This document shows, piece after piece, positions 19,344-33,149 of a stretch of DNA of 64,000 nt. The notes under the pieces were generated by a model. It was given only the letters and a program-made list of their open reading frames with translations, ran no database searches and was not told where the DNA came from. This DNA is from Vairimorpha necatrix (Eukaryota). A program made the position numbers and the translations under genes. The stretch's first letter is position 1; every line of letters starts with the position of its first letter. Where the stretch lies: positions 434,001-498,000 of the forward strand of contig CP142731.1 of NCBI GenBank assembly GCA_036630325.1, written 5' to 3'.

Positions 19344-21574
19344 TAAAATCTTTACAATAATAATATATAATATCATAAAAATTATAATGATCAAAATGAA
19401 AACTTTTTTTTATATTACTACCGCAACCGTTTAGAACTGAACTTAGCAAGCTTGGTTTAATTTATGATGGTTATTTTTCTCGAGAATTTCTAGCAATTTA
19501 AAGAATGTATAAGTGGGCCTATGGTCTTATGACAGTCAAATAAGAGGTTACATGCGCCAGTTGATTCCTTATTGGCATTAAGGGGGGACATATTCTTTTG
19601 ATTTTAAAAGAATGAATATTATGTTCATGAGAAGGAAACATGATTATTTCTAGTGCATACACATTTGTTAGTATTTTCTGGCCTCCTAGATAATTTAAGT
19701 ATGGTTTTATGTCTATACCGGATCATCTAGTGTCAATTTTGGCTTATTTTAAGTATAGAATAAATTTATATCCCGAAATTAAACTGCTTTTTATGTTCAT
19801 CCAAATCAAAAAACCAACCTCCAAGTATATTTTTACAAGATGTTTATCTCTAAAATTTTATAAAGGCATATCCTTAAAAACTTTGTATAAGTAAACAGTG
19901 TAATAATTAAGATGCATAGTTTCATTTTTGTGTGTAATATCCTAAAAGACGACATGTTATTTTAGTACAGGGTCAGGCCATCTTTAGTTACAGAAATTTA
20001 CCAACAACATATAATGGCTTGTTCTAAATCTAAATCGAGCTTAATAATCTCATATTTCATTCGAAATTCTATCTTTTCAGATCAAATATGAGCACTTCGT
20101 GCAAGAACCCTTAGCTTGATTATTTCGTAAACACAGTAAAATACGTATAAATTAAAATTAATTCCATTTAAAAAAAATGCAGTATTTTGGACTAGTGATC
20201 ATTTAGTAACTACAATTTTTTGATTTTACGGAATCAAAGAAAGACGACAAGATTTAAAAATTACATGTCTTGAGTTGGAATTTAAGTATTTCGATACAGT
20301 TTTATTTAAAGATAGTTAATTTTGTTATCACGTTAAAATATATGTATTTTCATAGAAGTTTACGCTCTCGGAATTTGTATTCTTATTACCAACCCATATT
20401 ATTAAACAAAACATTAAATTTGCTAATTTTTTATAAAAAAATACATAGAGCGTTACAACTTTTCTTATGATGATGCGGCCTACTTAATAAAGAAGGCGAA
20501 GCCAAGGACTCGCAAAAATTTCAAGCACAAACGTTGGATCGTTAAATTTTTTTGTATAAATATGCTTAAACTAGTCGGAATGTAATCAGCGATGTCTCTT
20601 TAAACGTTAAATTTTATGCTTCTTCGAATTATTTATAGAATTAATTAAGAAACAAATTGATCTAAACAGTATAATGAGGTCTATTTGAGGCCTTAAGATC
20701 GTCCCTGATTTTATTACGCGCGTTTTTTTGTTTACTATTGTGATTTTAAACAGGAAAGAGTGCTTTATTGATACAAGATACTACATATTGGTAATTTTTC
20801 ATAAAGCGGATTGTCGCAGTCTAATAAACGTTTGAAGATATAAAATAGATAGAATGTTTACATTTATTCATTGAAATAGATTATGTTTTTTTTGTTCATA
20901 CGAAGTTTATGTTTATACTATAGTAGGTTTATCATATTTATACACAATATAAAAATATATGGAGAACGTTTAAATTTAATTTTGTATTTTAATTCGTAAC
21001 GGTTTTAAATGTTATAAAATAAAAAAACAATTGCAAATTTTTTTAAATATTTTGGATAAAACGCAGAAGTAATATCAACAATCTATGAGAATTGTTCTCA
21101 CATATAATTTTTCATAAGTTAGATAGACGTTATCACAGTAGAAATATTTTATACAAATATATCACAGTAGAATGTTTTATTTTCATAGATCACAAAATTA
21201 ATAAGTTAAATTATGCAACAAACTGTTTCTGACATTAATATTTCATGTTTGTTTACATAAATTTAAAATTTAAACTTGGTAGGAACAATCGTTGCACTGG
21301 TAGACAAATTAAACATTGTTCGACAGAAGCTTGAACACTTTTGTGTCGATATTAAAAGTAAAATTTTGCAAAAACCCAAAATTTTTAAAACCTTTATTGT
21401 ATCATCAGATTACACGATATAAAATTAAGTTGAAATTTATCTAGTTATGAGAATTGAAAAACAAAACCTATTTTAGTCATGTTAAGCATTATAATACCTT
21501 CTAGCAATGGGGAACAAGCCAGTTGGCTCTGATATGTCTCTTGTACGGAAAAATTCAATACGATCAATATGGAC

Positions 21575-24500
21575 TTTCAAGTTGTTTATTCTCATTTTCC
21601 AACCCTTCCTTTAGAAATGTTTTTGTATAGTTTCAGTAGTCAATTAAATACGTCCAATTGTTGGAAGATGATTGGCCAGTTTTGGTGGGTTACGACACCC
21701 CTCGCTCAGTTTTTGACGTATCTCTTTTTATGTGGCTTTTATTAACTCTAAATTCATCTTTGTTGTTCATTGACTTCCCCTTGTAAGCGTCTTTCGATAG
21801 TATTTCTAATATTTTGTATCCGGAAAGCCATTTTGAGCTTAATTAATCCTTTCCAAGTAGATATATAGATCATCACGAGTACACAGCTTCTAGTTTTTCT
21901 TAAATATCAGCTTTTCCTTTAATTATATCTTTTTTGTTCTAACTGAGTTTTTGTTTGCTTTCTCAAGCAAGTGTTGTTTGGAATATCGTTTAAGAATAAT
22001 TTCAAGTTTCTTATCTACTTCGATTCACATATGATGCCGATACTTCATTATTTACGGGAAGGTTCCGTAGGCACGATTAAAAGAAAGGTTGATAGCCAAT
22101 GTTGCTTTTTTAAGAAAAGGCTCCAATCTCGTTCTCCATATAACGACATTCTTCTTAGCGCATTTCATAGAATTTGATTGATTCTTTTATCTGCACCTGT
22201 TGTCTGATGGTGATATGGGGAACCAAATCCCCAAATTTACAGTATATTTTTCCTGTAATGAAGATACTTCTTGGTTAACAGAAACAAAACCTGTTATCCG
22301 TCAAAATCTTTTCTGGTATTCCGTGTTTTCTTATAATTAGCTCTCCTACAGTGTAAAAAATTTCTTTTGAGATTTTGTTATTTAATATCTTAGTCTTTAT
22401 CCATTTCGTGTAATGATAAATGGCTACAAAAACGGATTTCAATTCTGTAGTTTTGTACATTTACCCAGTAAATAAATTTTTCCGAGTTCGTTTGGTCTTT
22501 CTGAAAAAATTACTTTATTTGTTGTTTTAGTTCTTGGTTCCCTTGACGTAAGACATATTGCGCATTGTGAGCAAAAATTTTCTAGATCTCTATGCATGTT
22601 CTTACGCGTAATTTTAGGAAATCATAAATTTCAGGTGTTTGTGGAGCCATGGTCCAAAATATTATTGTGTTCTTTCAGAATATTGTTACTATCCTCTACA
22701 CTTATTATTTTTGTATTTACGTTATTCATTTCTTTTTTATGACTGAATCTGCTTAATCCGTCTGCTATATTATCATCTCCCTTTACGTGTTCTATTTTGA
22801 AATCGTATTCGGCAAGTTTTAATGACCATCTTAATAGTCGGCTGGATTGGTCTTTGTTTGCATGAGGTAGATAAGTGCTTCGAGATTAGTTCTAAAAGTA
22901 AATTTTTTCCCAATGGGTGATGTAGAAAGTGACCTATTCCTTTTATAAAGCCCAATAATTTTTGTCCGCTAATGAATAATTTTGACATTTATCAAGTCTT
23001 TTTCTGTATGCCGCGAACATTTTTTCATCGCCCTTTTCGTTCTCTTGTAATAAGACAGCACCTATTCCCGAATCTGAGGCATCCGTCTTGAGTATGAATT
23101 GCTTCTGAAAATCGGTCTAAGTCCTAATTGTGCTTTCCCCATCACCAATTTTGTATTATTAAATGATTCTATTTGTTTTAGTTTAGATGGATTTTTAATT
23201 TGATTTTAATTTTTCTTTTTTCAATATGTCGTATAGCAGCACTGTAAGGGTTGCTATATCTTTTATAAAGTCTCTGCAATAATTAACGCTACCTAAGAAC
23301 TTCCTATTTCCTCTATGTAGTAGGTGTTGGGTAGGAGTTTATTTGACTGATTCTTATTGGATCAACTTTTATTTATGCGCTTCTTATGATGTTTTCTAAA
23401 ATTTTAATTTCATTTTTATAGAACTTACATTTTTAAAAATTAAGTGATAACCCAGCAGCTCAAATTTTTCCCCAACGCTATTTATAAGTGTTTATCGTGG
23501 TCGTCCTTGGCTTTATTATATATAATGATACCATCTAAATAAGGGATTATAAAGTTTCTGTTTTCGCATCTGAAAATATTGTCCATTGCACGCTGAAATG
23601 TGGCCGGAGCATTGCAAAGTCAAACGGCAACCTATTGTATTCGTATAAACGACCCCTAAATGAAAAGGTCGTTTTCTCTTTGTTTTTTTTTCCATAGGTA
23701 AATGTTGGAATCCACTTGTAGCGTCTAAGATTATAAAACATGAAGCTTTACAACAACTATCTAAATTTCGTCAATTCTAGGGGACATATATGAGTCCTTG
23801 ATTGTTATGGGATTTAATCCCTATAATCTTTACACATTCTCCAAGTTTTATTGGGGTTCGGAACCATGACTATCCTACTGCACCAGCGGCTTTTACTATC
23901 TCTAATTATTCCCTGCTAAAGTAATTTCGGAATTTCTTGATAATTATGTACTCTTGTGCAACCGGTATCCTACATTTCTGTGGCAAATTGTTATTTTGCA
24001 ACTAACTTCTACGCTATGTTTACCAGCTGTAGATAGATTAAATTCTCTTATTTCTGTCTTAAATAAATCTATATATACTTCCTCTATTTTTGATTTCATT
24101 AGATCGTTACAGTATTTAACTTTTTGTTTAGCATTTGGAGACATTTCTGTAAATATCTCGGTGACTAATTTCAAGTTTCTTTTTATAACTTCGAATCCTA
24201 GAAATCATGTATCTTGTAATATTAGTGGCGAGGTTGTGATGGTTTTATTTTTTTATTGTTATGGTATAATTTTTAGTTGCCCAACAATTTTATATGTGTT
24301 ATTTTGTGCTCCCTTAACGATGTCCAAATATGTGTTAATATGTTTATGTAGATGTTTCGGGATATCGATATATCTTGTAAGTGATACATCTTCGTTCGTA
24401 TCTATTAAAACGCTTTTCTTTTTATTATATACATAACCTTCTATAAAAAAGGATTGTCTTTGTTAATAACTCTGCATAAGGAATAATAAATACCATAATT

Positions 24501-25437
24501 GATTTTTTTGTTTAGTTTCGCTTCTTCTTCTACTATATTTGCATTGCTAGGATATTTTCTTCTTTTATCCTCGATAAATTTCGTCAATTTATTGGATTCT
24601 TTAATAGCATGAGATCCTTTTCCATGTACGATAAAATACTTTTTGTTTTTAAAGAGTTTCCTGCTTGGTTTTCTCCGTTAAACGGTCCCTTGCTGTTTTT
24701 GCTGTTTCTAGATGGCCCTTTGCCATATTTTTCTTTGTTAGTTGGCTCATTGCCATAGCTATAAGTGTTAACTGTGTTATTTCCGCAATCTTCTACTTTT
24801 ATCAACATTTTGTCCATGTGAGCTATCCAAGATATTTCTTCTGCCATCTGAATTGAGTCTTCCCATGTTTCAGCAGATTTTGAGGCTTGGAATAACAATG
24901 GCTTAATCAGGATTGGTGATTCATTTATGCTCATTTTGCACAATGCATTTAAATATGTTTAATTTCTTCCCGAGATAAAAATTGCTTGTGTTAGCATTTT
25001 GGAAAAATCTTCCTTTGTTTTTGGGATGACGAGAAAGAGGAATCTGCCTAAAAAAATATCATCGTCCTTGCTTGCACTAAATCTGACTTTTACAATTTTT
25101 ACAAAGTCTTCTAGACGTATAGACTTTATCTTTTCAGAAAAAATTTGTGATCTCAGGATAAAGCTTCCCCTTTCATTTTAAAATTAAAGCTTTTTTTATT
25201 TCTTGCTCTGTCCATTTAGAGACAACCCCCAACAACATGATATTCTCAACCAAGTGTTAACATCTTCATTTGGCTCCCGCGAAAAATAATTGGCATTTTT
25301 GTAGTTGTCTCCATGTCAAGTTGTTAATTCTTATTTTTCATCCCCTCTTTTGGAAATGTTTTGATATAGTTTTAGTAGCCAATCAAATACGTCCAATTGT
25401 TCGAAAGATGATTTGCCAGTTTTGATGGGCTACGACA
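21575..25437 (-). mobile_element. Old, degenerate Ty3/gypsy LTR retrotransposon
   Basis: Diverged ~124-bp LTRs (25314-25437; 21575-21697) starting TGTCGTA; PBS-like TGGAGACAAC; purine tract before the 3' LTR; RT (YEYNRLPF), RNase H (KTDASDSGIGAVL) and integrase (HGIPEKILTDN) fragments with many stops. Confidence 0.85.
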
Positions 25438-26359
25438 TAAACTATCTTATTAACATTATTCACGATACGGCGAAAATTAGCCTTACGAAATTCTATTAGC
25501 TGACAATGATGTATGTTTATCCTTACAGGAAAACAAGACCTAACTTTTTAATATCGAGTCCATAATATATGTGTTAGAAATAATGTGTAGAGGTATTGAT
25601 TTAAAAAGGTATGTTTTTTATGAAGTGAAATTTGCACAAAAGTATATTTAAATCAGACTATTTCTGCATTAGACAAAGCAGTGGTGCGGTCTTTTATGCA
25701 TTCTAAAGTATGTTGATTATTTAGACTTTCGGAAATATCGTAATTAACAAATAATTTTATTAGCATATCTTGTATTTTAAAACCTCGGCTCTTGTTTTGT
25801 AGCATTTCAACGATATATACATTATTAACATTTAGCTTATGAAAATGTATCATTTTGTAAGTTCAACCCCCCTTAATATGTATGAATACTTTTGTCATTT
25901 TGCTAATACTATATCTAAGATAGTGTCACATGACATTTTTTCAGACCCTCTAAGATAGTAGAGGAGCCATAAATATTAATTCTATAGTTAGAACTGTCAA
26001 ATGACTGAGACGACATTGTTTAAAATGACTAATTGCATACAAATAATGGACAGAAGACAAAGTATTTAGAATAGCTACAACACTCAAATATGCTAATATC
26101 TATAATTCATAAAGTTCCAGCCATTTCTTGAAATAGTTGGCAGGGTGGGAAAATAAAACTATAAAAAGATCTATTTTTAATCCTGACACCGATGATGAAA
26201 AAAATTAGCATAAAGAACGTTAATAAAAACATTGGATCATGAATATTATACGACAAATACATAAAAAATGACCATTTGGCAGACCAGTATAAAAAACTGA
26301 TTATGTAACGATTTAAACTGGAAACAGACGAAACCCCAGTTCAATAGAAGACTGTGGCT

Positions 26360-27230
26360 TCTATATTTATCTTTAAACATGATTTCACAAGATAATCTTG
26401 CGTACTTCTTTTTTCATACCTTCATTTTTTTATGAATAATTTGCTTGACCCAGTATGATTTACATGTTGAGTATGAATTCTTAAGTATGGATTCCCAAAA
26501 TTAAGAAAATAATTTTCTGTATAATGTTCAAAGCCTGATATTTCCTGGATTTTTTTGTAGGCAGCCCTTTAGTTGCTGTATATAATAGTCCCCCTTCACA
26601 AACAGTTTTAATATTATGTAACAAAGTTTCACAAGTTCTATTATTTACAACTTCCATGTATCCTTGTGGCGGTATAAAGCTTACATTAACAATACCGAAT
26701 ACCCACACTTGATAATTTTAAACCTTATCAACATGATATTTCTGCGTGTGGCAATATGCAAAGTCGCCCACTAGGCATACAATTCCTATTAGTTCTCACA
26801 AAATAAGATCTATAAATAAGTGTTCTGAAATAAAATACATAATTTAGAGTATATCGTGAAGTCGATTTTTCGATTGATGTCATAACTATTGAAATCTGTC
26901 ATTATATTTTTCTTTTCCAACCACATAATTATGACGGCCAAACGTCAGATAGACTCAATTTATAATCGTAAAAAAAAGAATTGGTGGGTATGCTATAAGT
27001 CGACAATTTTTTTAAACATTTAGAATTATTTAAACCAAAAGTTCTTTCACAAATTGCATTTTTATTGGCTCTCGTAGACATATATTTACGTTACAAACAG
27101 TAAGTAATAAGTTCTTTCTTCTTAGAATCTTGATTAAAAAACCTAATTCATAGGTCTTAATGACAAAAGTTGTTCCAATCTTGAAGTTCTATTTCTTATT
27201 TTTTTGAGTAAAATAAAAAATATTTTTATG
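26360..27230 (-). pseudogene. Merlin/ISXO2-like transposase remnant
   Basis: WVFGIV...GYMEVVNNRTCETLL and IHTQHV motifs; heavily frameshifted; TIRs not resolved; boundaries approximate. Confidence 0.7.
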
Positions 27231-27266
27231 GGTATTATACGACGTAATATGTCGTATAATACCCAT
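27228..27266. repeat. Perfect 16-bp inverted repeat with 7-nt spacer
   Basis: atgggtattatacgac-gtaatat-gtcgtataatacccat. Confidence 0.95.
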
Positions 27267-27710
27267 GATCCAAAACATTAATTATGAATATATTTTAGAA
27301 ACAACGAGCAGCCAGGGAGGCAGCTCGTATCACAATGGCGACAACGCTAAATCCAATGATAATATAGAGGGTATTATCAAGAAGTTAGCAAGGATTCTAA
27401 CTATAGAAAAATTTTAAAAATTTAAAGGTACTAGAAGATTAAATCCAAAAGAATATATTACACGACTTACAGAAGTAGAGGGTACAGACACACGAACAAA
27501 TATACAAAATTAATAAAACCAAACTTGATTTTGAAGCTTTATCATGGTTGAAGCTAAAAAAGCATCGAGATTACAGATTTAGAAAGTTTTATTAAAGAAT
27601 TCAAAGAGGAATATCTTCCAGCAGAAGAAGCCGATGACAATGAGAAATCATTCTGGGACCTGATACTTAAAAGCCCAAGTTTTCAAGATATAATTACATA
27701 TTGTGGTATT
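27250..27710 (+). mobile_element. Truncated gypsy 5' fragment (LTR end, tRNA PBS, gag remnant)
   Basis: LTR-like end ..TCACA at 27334; PBS TGGCGACAAC at 27336; gag remnant EKSFWDLILKSP resembles EKFWDLIREGP of the next element. Confidence 0.7.
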
Positions 27711-27893
27711 CATCGCCGAGGAAGTAATTAAAAGATTTTTATTTTGGTTCCCAATCTTCCTTTCCATCTTTTCGTGCCCTTATCTGGATAAAATTTTAAA
27801 ATAAATGTTGGAGGAAAAGTTGGACGGATTTTGAGGAAAGATTTGCAAAAATATTTTTTTACGATATTTTTATATTATACATATATATATATA

Positions 27894-30800
27894 TGTCAGG
27901 CTGCAGACCTGCACTGACGATACGGCTTCCAGTTAAACAATAATAATTGGACCTGTCAAACATCTCGAAGTAGTGTAAACAAACATTGAACATTTGACAT
28001 GCACAAACTAAAAGTAGGAAAAGTGCATGTCACATGAAGTACTACTACTTTAGTAGAACTTTGGTTTCTTGTTTGTTTGTTTACATCTCAAAGAGTTTGA
28101 CAGTTAATCTAATTAACTATTTAAACGGAATTTACCCCAAACCCACAATTCCGATGAGCAACAAAAAAGATAACAACTTAAATAAATATGTTAACTTAGA
28201 CTCACCCTCTTCTACTTCGGATCAGGCTACATGCCGGATCACAAATGGCGACAACGAAGAGATTTGTAAAGAAGAAAATATGGATTCAATACTCTTAAAA
28301 TTAAAAAATTTAATGTCAATGGAAAAGTAAATAACTTTTCAAGGACTAAAAACTGAAGATCCAAAGACATTTTTAGGGCAATTCTTAGAATATGAGAAGC
28401 AATGGCCTCAGAGCACCCTATATGCAAAAGCGACTTCAATGCTTAAGGGAAAAGCCGAACTATGGTTTAGAGCGAACGAAGAATCGATGCTCACATATAA
28501 GCAATTTGTTGAAAATTTTAAACGTAATTTTATTAAAAGAGAATCAGAAATAGATAAAACTGAAAAGTTCTGGGACCTAATCAGGGAAGGCCCAATTCAT
28601 CCAGATATGCTGTCATACAGTTACAGCCTACATATATACGCTGGAAAATCAGAATCCTTATTTAAAAGAAGTAAAGAGAAACTCAGAGATTTATTAGATG
28701 ACGAATACCTACGCGATGGTATAGAAAGATGTCATGATTGGAACGAGTTAGAGGAATTCATGAAATTAAAAGAAGAAAGATTGAATAAAAAAATTCGAAT
28801 CTTCTATAAAAAACAATTTAAAAATAAAAATGAATATAAAAATAAAAATGAATATAAAAGTAGTGAAATGAAAATAGACTACAGGGGTAACGAGACAAGA
28901 GTCAGCCCCGATTCAAAGCCTTATAAAAAAGAATTATTTAAAAAGAATGAGCAAAAGAAAGCTCTATTATCTCAGCAAAACTACTTAAAGTAAATGATCG
29001 AAGACCAAGAGTAAAATTAAATTTTGAAGATCAAGTTATAGTAGCATTATTGGACTCCGGGGCTAACGTATCAGTTATACGTAGAAAAGAAGCGGAAGAG
29101 CTGAGTGATGAATTTCTAAAGGAAAAAGGAGAAATAAAAGGTTTTAATGGAACAAGCAGAGTGATAGGCTCATGTAAACTTAAAATAAAACCAAATAATC
29201 GCTCAGGAGCGGAAACAATTACCTTATTAGTGGTGAATGATATGGAGGAAGCGATAATTCTTGGAATAGAAGAAATCGAAAAATTAAATATGATAGACTA
29301 TATCCCAATAAACCAAAAGAAAGTCGGTAAAAAAAGATCAATACCTAAGAAAAAAAGGATTGTATTAAACGCGGAAGTTACTACAAAGAAGGAAGATAGT
29401 AACCCGGATTTGAATGAATTAATTAAGAACATCAAATGTGAAAACACACTGTTAAGAAAGAAGTATACACACACTCTTGAAAAATATACTAAACTATTCT
29501 CTGATGATAATTCTTTAAATAATATCGAGATCGAACACGCGATCGAATTAGTAAATGGAGCTACTATGTCTCCATGCCCAAAGTATAAAAGATCCCCGGA
29601 AGAACACAAGATCATTCGAGAAGAAGTTAAGAAATTCATTGAAAAGGGCATAATTGAGGAGAGTGAAAGTCAGTATATATCACCAGTGGTACTAGTAAAA
29701 AAAAAAGGATGGAGGTATTAGGTTTTGTATAGACTTTCGACGATTGAATAAAATAACAATACCATATGAATATCCGATACCAAGGATTGATGAGACCCTG
29801 GATCAACTACAAGGGGCTAAAATATTCAGCACAATGGACGTTGAATCGGCATATAACCAGATATCTGTAAGGCAAGAAGATAGATTTAAGACTGCTTTTT
29901 ACACACGAGAAGGAATCTATCAATGGAGAAAAATGCCTTTCGGGTTAATTAATGCACCCTTCACATTTCAAAAGATCATGAATAAGTACTTTGCGAAATA
30001 TATGCATAAATTTGTAACAATATACTTAGATGATATTTTAGTATATTCAAACGATCATGATAGCCATCTACAACATTTAGAGACTATTCTGAGTATTATT
30101 AAGAAGGTAGGGCTGAAACTAAATAAGAAAAAATGGCTATTTGTACAGGAAAGTGTGGAATTTCTTGGATTTAGTGTGTGCAACGGAGAGATTTCAATAC
30201 CTTTGCAGCAAAAGATGCGTTCAATCAATTGGCCCTAACCGAAGACAAGAAGAGATGTCAGGGCTTTTAATGGATATTCTTCATTTTTTAGCAAGTTTAT
30301 TAATAATTACGCAGATAAAATGAATCCATTATACGATACGATTAAAGGAGCTAAAAATTCAAAACTGAAAATGACAGAAGAAGCTTTGCAAGCATTTAAT
30401 AATATGAAAAAAGAAATCGCCAATGCATCTGGCTTGAAACTACCAGGTTTTAGAAAGAAATTTTACTTATATACAGATGCATCGAATTTGGCATTGGGAG
30501 CAGTATTACAACAAGAAGATGAACATGGAGAATTGAGACCCATTATATGCATCTCAAGAACTTTGAGCCCAGCAGAAATTAACTACACGGTAACAGAAAA
30601 GGAGTGCCTAGGTGTAGTATGGGGAGTTAAAAAACTACGAGTTTATCTAACACAACAGTTTATAATAAGGACGGATCATCAAGCATTAAAATGGCTACTA
30701 AATCTAAAAGAGGCTACAGGTAGACTAATGAGATGGATATTGACCTTACAAGAGTATAAATATATAATTGAATACATACCTGGAGAAGAAAATGTAATGG

Positions 30801-32272
30801 CCGATGCACTCAGTAGAATTGTGATGATAGCATCAAATACTCAAGAAGAGGAAAAGCTATCCGCCGACGAGAAGGTTCGAGTAATACTAAAAAGTCATCA
30901 CGAGTGCGGACATGGCGGTGTTGATGCAACATACGTACTCACATTGAGAGAAAAAAAATGGAAAGGCATGTATAAGGACGTGATCGAAACGATAAGAAGA
31001 TGTAACATATGTAATCGACATTCACGTGGAGCCACTAATTTACAGAAAATCAGACTTCCACTGATGAATCCCCTGGATAGAATAGGGATAGACCTAGTAG
31101 GTCCTCTACCGAAAAGTTATAATGGAAATAGATACGTAGTAATCGCAACGGATTATGTAACTAGATGGTGCGAAGCAGAAGCGATAAAATCTAAATCTAC
31201 AAATGTAATTGCTTTATTTATACTAAAGAAGATAATTTGCCAACATGGACCCCCTAAGGAAATATTGTCTGATCAAGGGACGGAATTCACGAGTAGATTA
31301 ATAAAAACTATATGTGGCATGATGAATTGTAAGAAATCGTTTACTTCAAGTTACAACCCGAAATGTAATGGGTTGGCAGAGCGTACTAATCAACCCCTAA
31401 TAGGTAAACTAGCTAAATTAGTTGATGGTAGGTGGAAACAGTGGGATGAATACCTCCCCTATGCGATATTTGCTTACCGAATATCTCCAAGAAAACAATC
31501 TAAAAGGTCGCCGTATGAACTTTTATATGGGAGATTACCAAATTCGTTTCTAGAGGCTAAGATAGATGATAATATCCTTGAAGATAATGGCCTTATAGTT
31601 GAGAGATTGAACGAATTTCGTAAATTAATGATAAATGAAGAAAAAGAAATACGTGCAAAAGAAATAACAAAGGTTAAAAAAGGTAGAAGCCCTGACGATA
31701 TTGAAGAAAATGATTACGTAAGAAGGAAAAAACTGTTAACTGAAAAAGAGAATAAGTTAGATGCAAACTTTGATGGAATCTATAAAGTCATAAAAAAAGG
31801 GAAGAATGGAAACTATGAAATTGAAGGTTTAAATGGAATGCGATACTCAGTGAATCGAAAAGACTTAATGAAAATTGAAGAGTCAGATCCAATAGATTGG
31901 ATTTTTTCGAAGGAGGGGAGAGTGTCAGGCTGCAGACCTGCACTGACGATACGGCTTCCAGTTAAACAATAATAATTGGACCTGTCAAACATCTCGAAGT
32001 AGTGTAAACAAACATTGAACATTTGACATGCACAAACTAAAAGTAGGAAAAGTGCATGTCACATGAAGTACTACTACTTTAGTAGAACTTTGGTTTCTTG
32101 TTTGTTTGTTTACATCTCAAAGAGTTTGACAGTTAATCTAATTAACTATTTAAACGGAATTTACCCCAAACCCACAATTCCGATGAGCAACAAAAAAGAT
32201 AACAACTTAAATAAATATGTTAACTTAGACTCACCCTCTTCTACTTCGGATCAGGCTACATGCCGGATCACA
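27894..32272 (+). mobile_element. Full-length Ty3/gypsy element with tRNA-Ser-type PBS, coding region disrupted
   Basis: 350-bp LTRs (27894-28243; 31923-32272) with no difference found by eye; TG..CA; ATATA TSD in an (AT)n tract; PBS TGGCGACAAC 28246-28255; PPT 31909-31922; gag-PR(DSGA)-RT(YLDD)-RH-IN order; stops at 28328 and 30236, frameshift near 29700. Confidence 0.95.
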
Positions 32273-33149
32273 ATATATATACATGTACTCATAACAATCT
32301 CAAAACGAGAGGAAAAGGGGCAACCCGAATTTTTGGCCTAAGGCTAAAAAGTCGGCTTTTAAACTTAAAAAAATAAAATAAATACAAAAACCTAAAGAAC
32401 TAATGCTAATTTAATGATGTAAAGTGTATTCAAGAGTAAGGGGAAGTTGGACACAATAATCAAGACGCCTTTAGTTTAAAAAGTGGATACAATATCAAAT
32501 ATATATATTTTAAACAATTTTCATTTACTTTAAAGGACTTGTAATAAGCGCGTAGAATTTTTTGCCTGCTTTTCAAATGCTCCACATGTAATCTTTCTCC
32601 AAAAAATTCCAAGACTGAGTTTGCTACTTTAAAAGATTATAAGGCGACCTATGAAATTCTTCTAAACTATTCGTAATTTTTGGTAACTTATTTAATGTTC
32701 GTTCTTAAACATTCCAAGATAAAATCTCTGCTTCGTCGATGTCAATATAATTTTTAAATACAGATCCTAAAATTGTGCATATCTCTTTCTATCACTCCTT
32801 GACATAAGCTTTTCTTTAATTAAATTATAATAATTTAGAACCTCATCGGGTTTAACGGATCTTAACGCTAAAATACTTCTTATATTCATTTTAAATTCAA
32901 TATCATTTTGATATAATGTGCTCATTTTCATCACTTGCACTTTCCTATAAATAATCTGAGAAAAATGAAAGTTGCACCCATAGTAACTGCGGCAGGAAAA
33001 GCTTTTGAAAAGCTTTTCTTAGTGCTAATTCGAAATCTAACTTAAAGCATTTAAGCCTAAACTTGGATGCTTTTCTAATTTAAAATCACATATTTTCTTA
33101 ATGAAGCCTCATTTTTTTAACATTAGTATTGTTATGACCTTCAGCCATG

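Noticed and set aside
19440-21570. Short ORFs and possible TE debris
   Set aside because: No recognisable motif or termini on either strand.
25860-26340. CCC + ATG + signal-like start (MNTFVILLILYLR)
   Set aside because: Stop after 13 codons and no sustained frame; at most a decayed pseudogene.
28034-32341. Duplicated small ORFs MKYYYFSRTL at 28034 and 32063
   Set aside because: Both lie inside the two LTRs of one element; no independent coding evidence.
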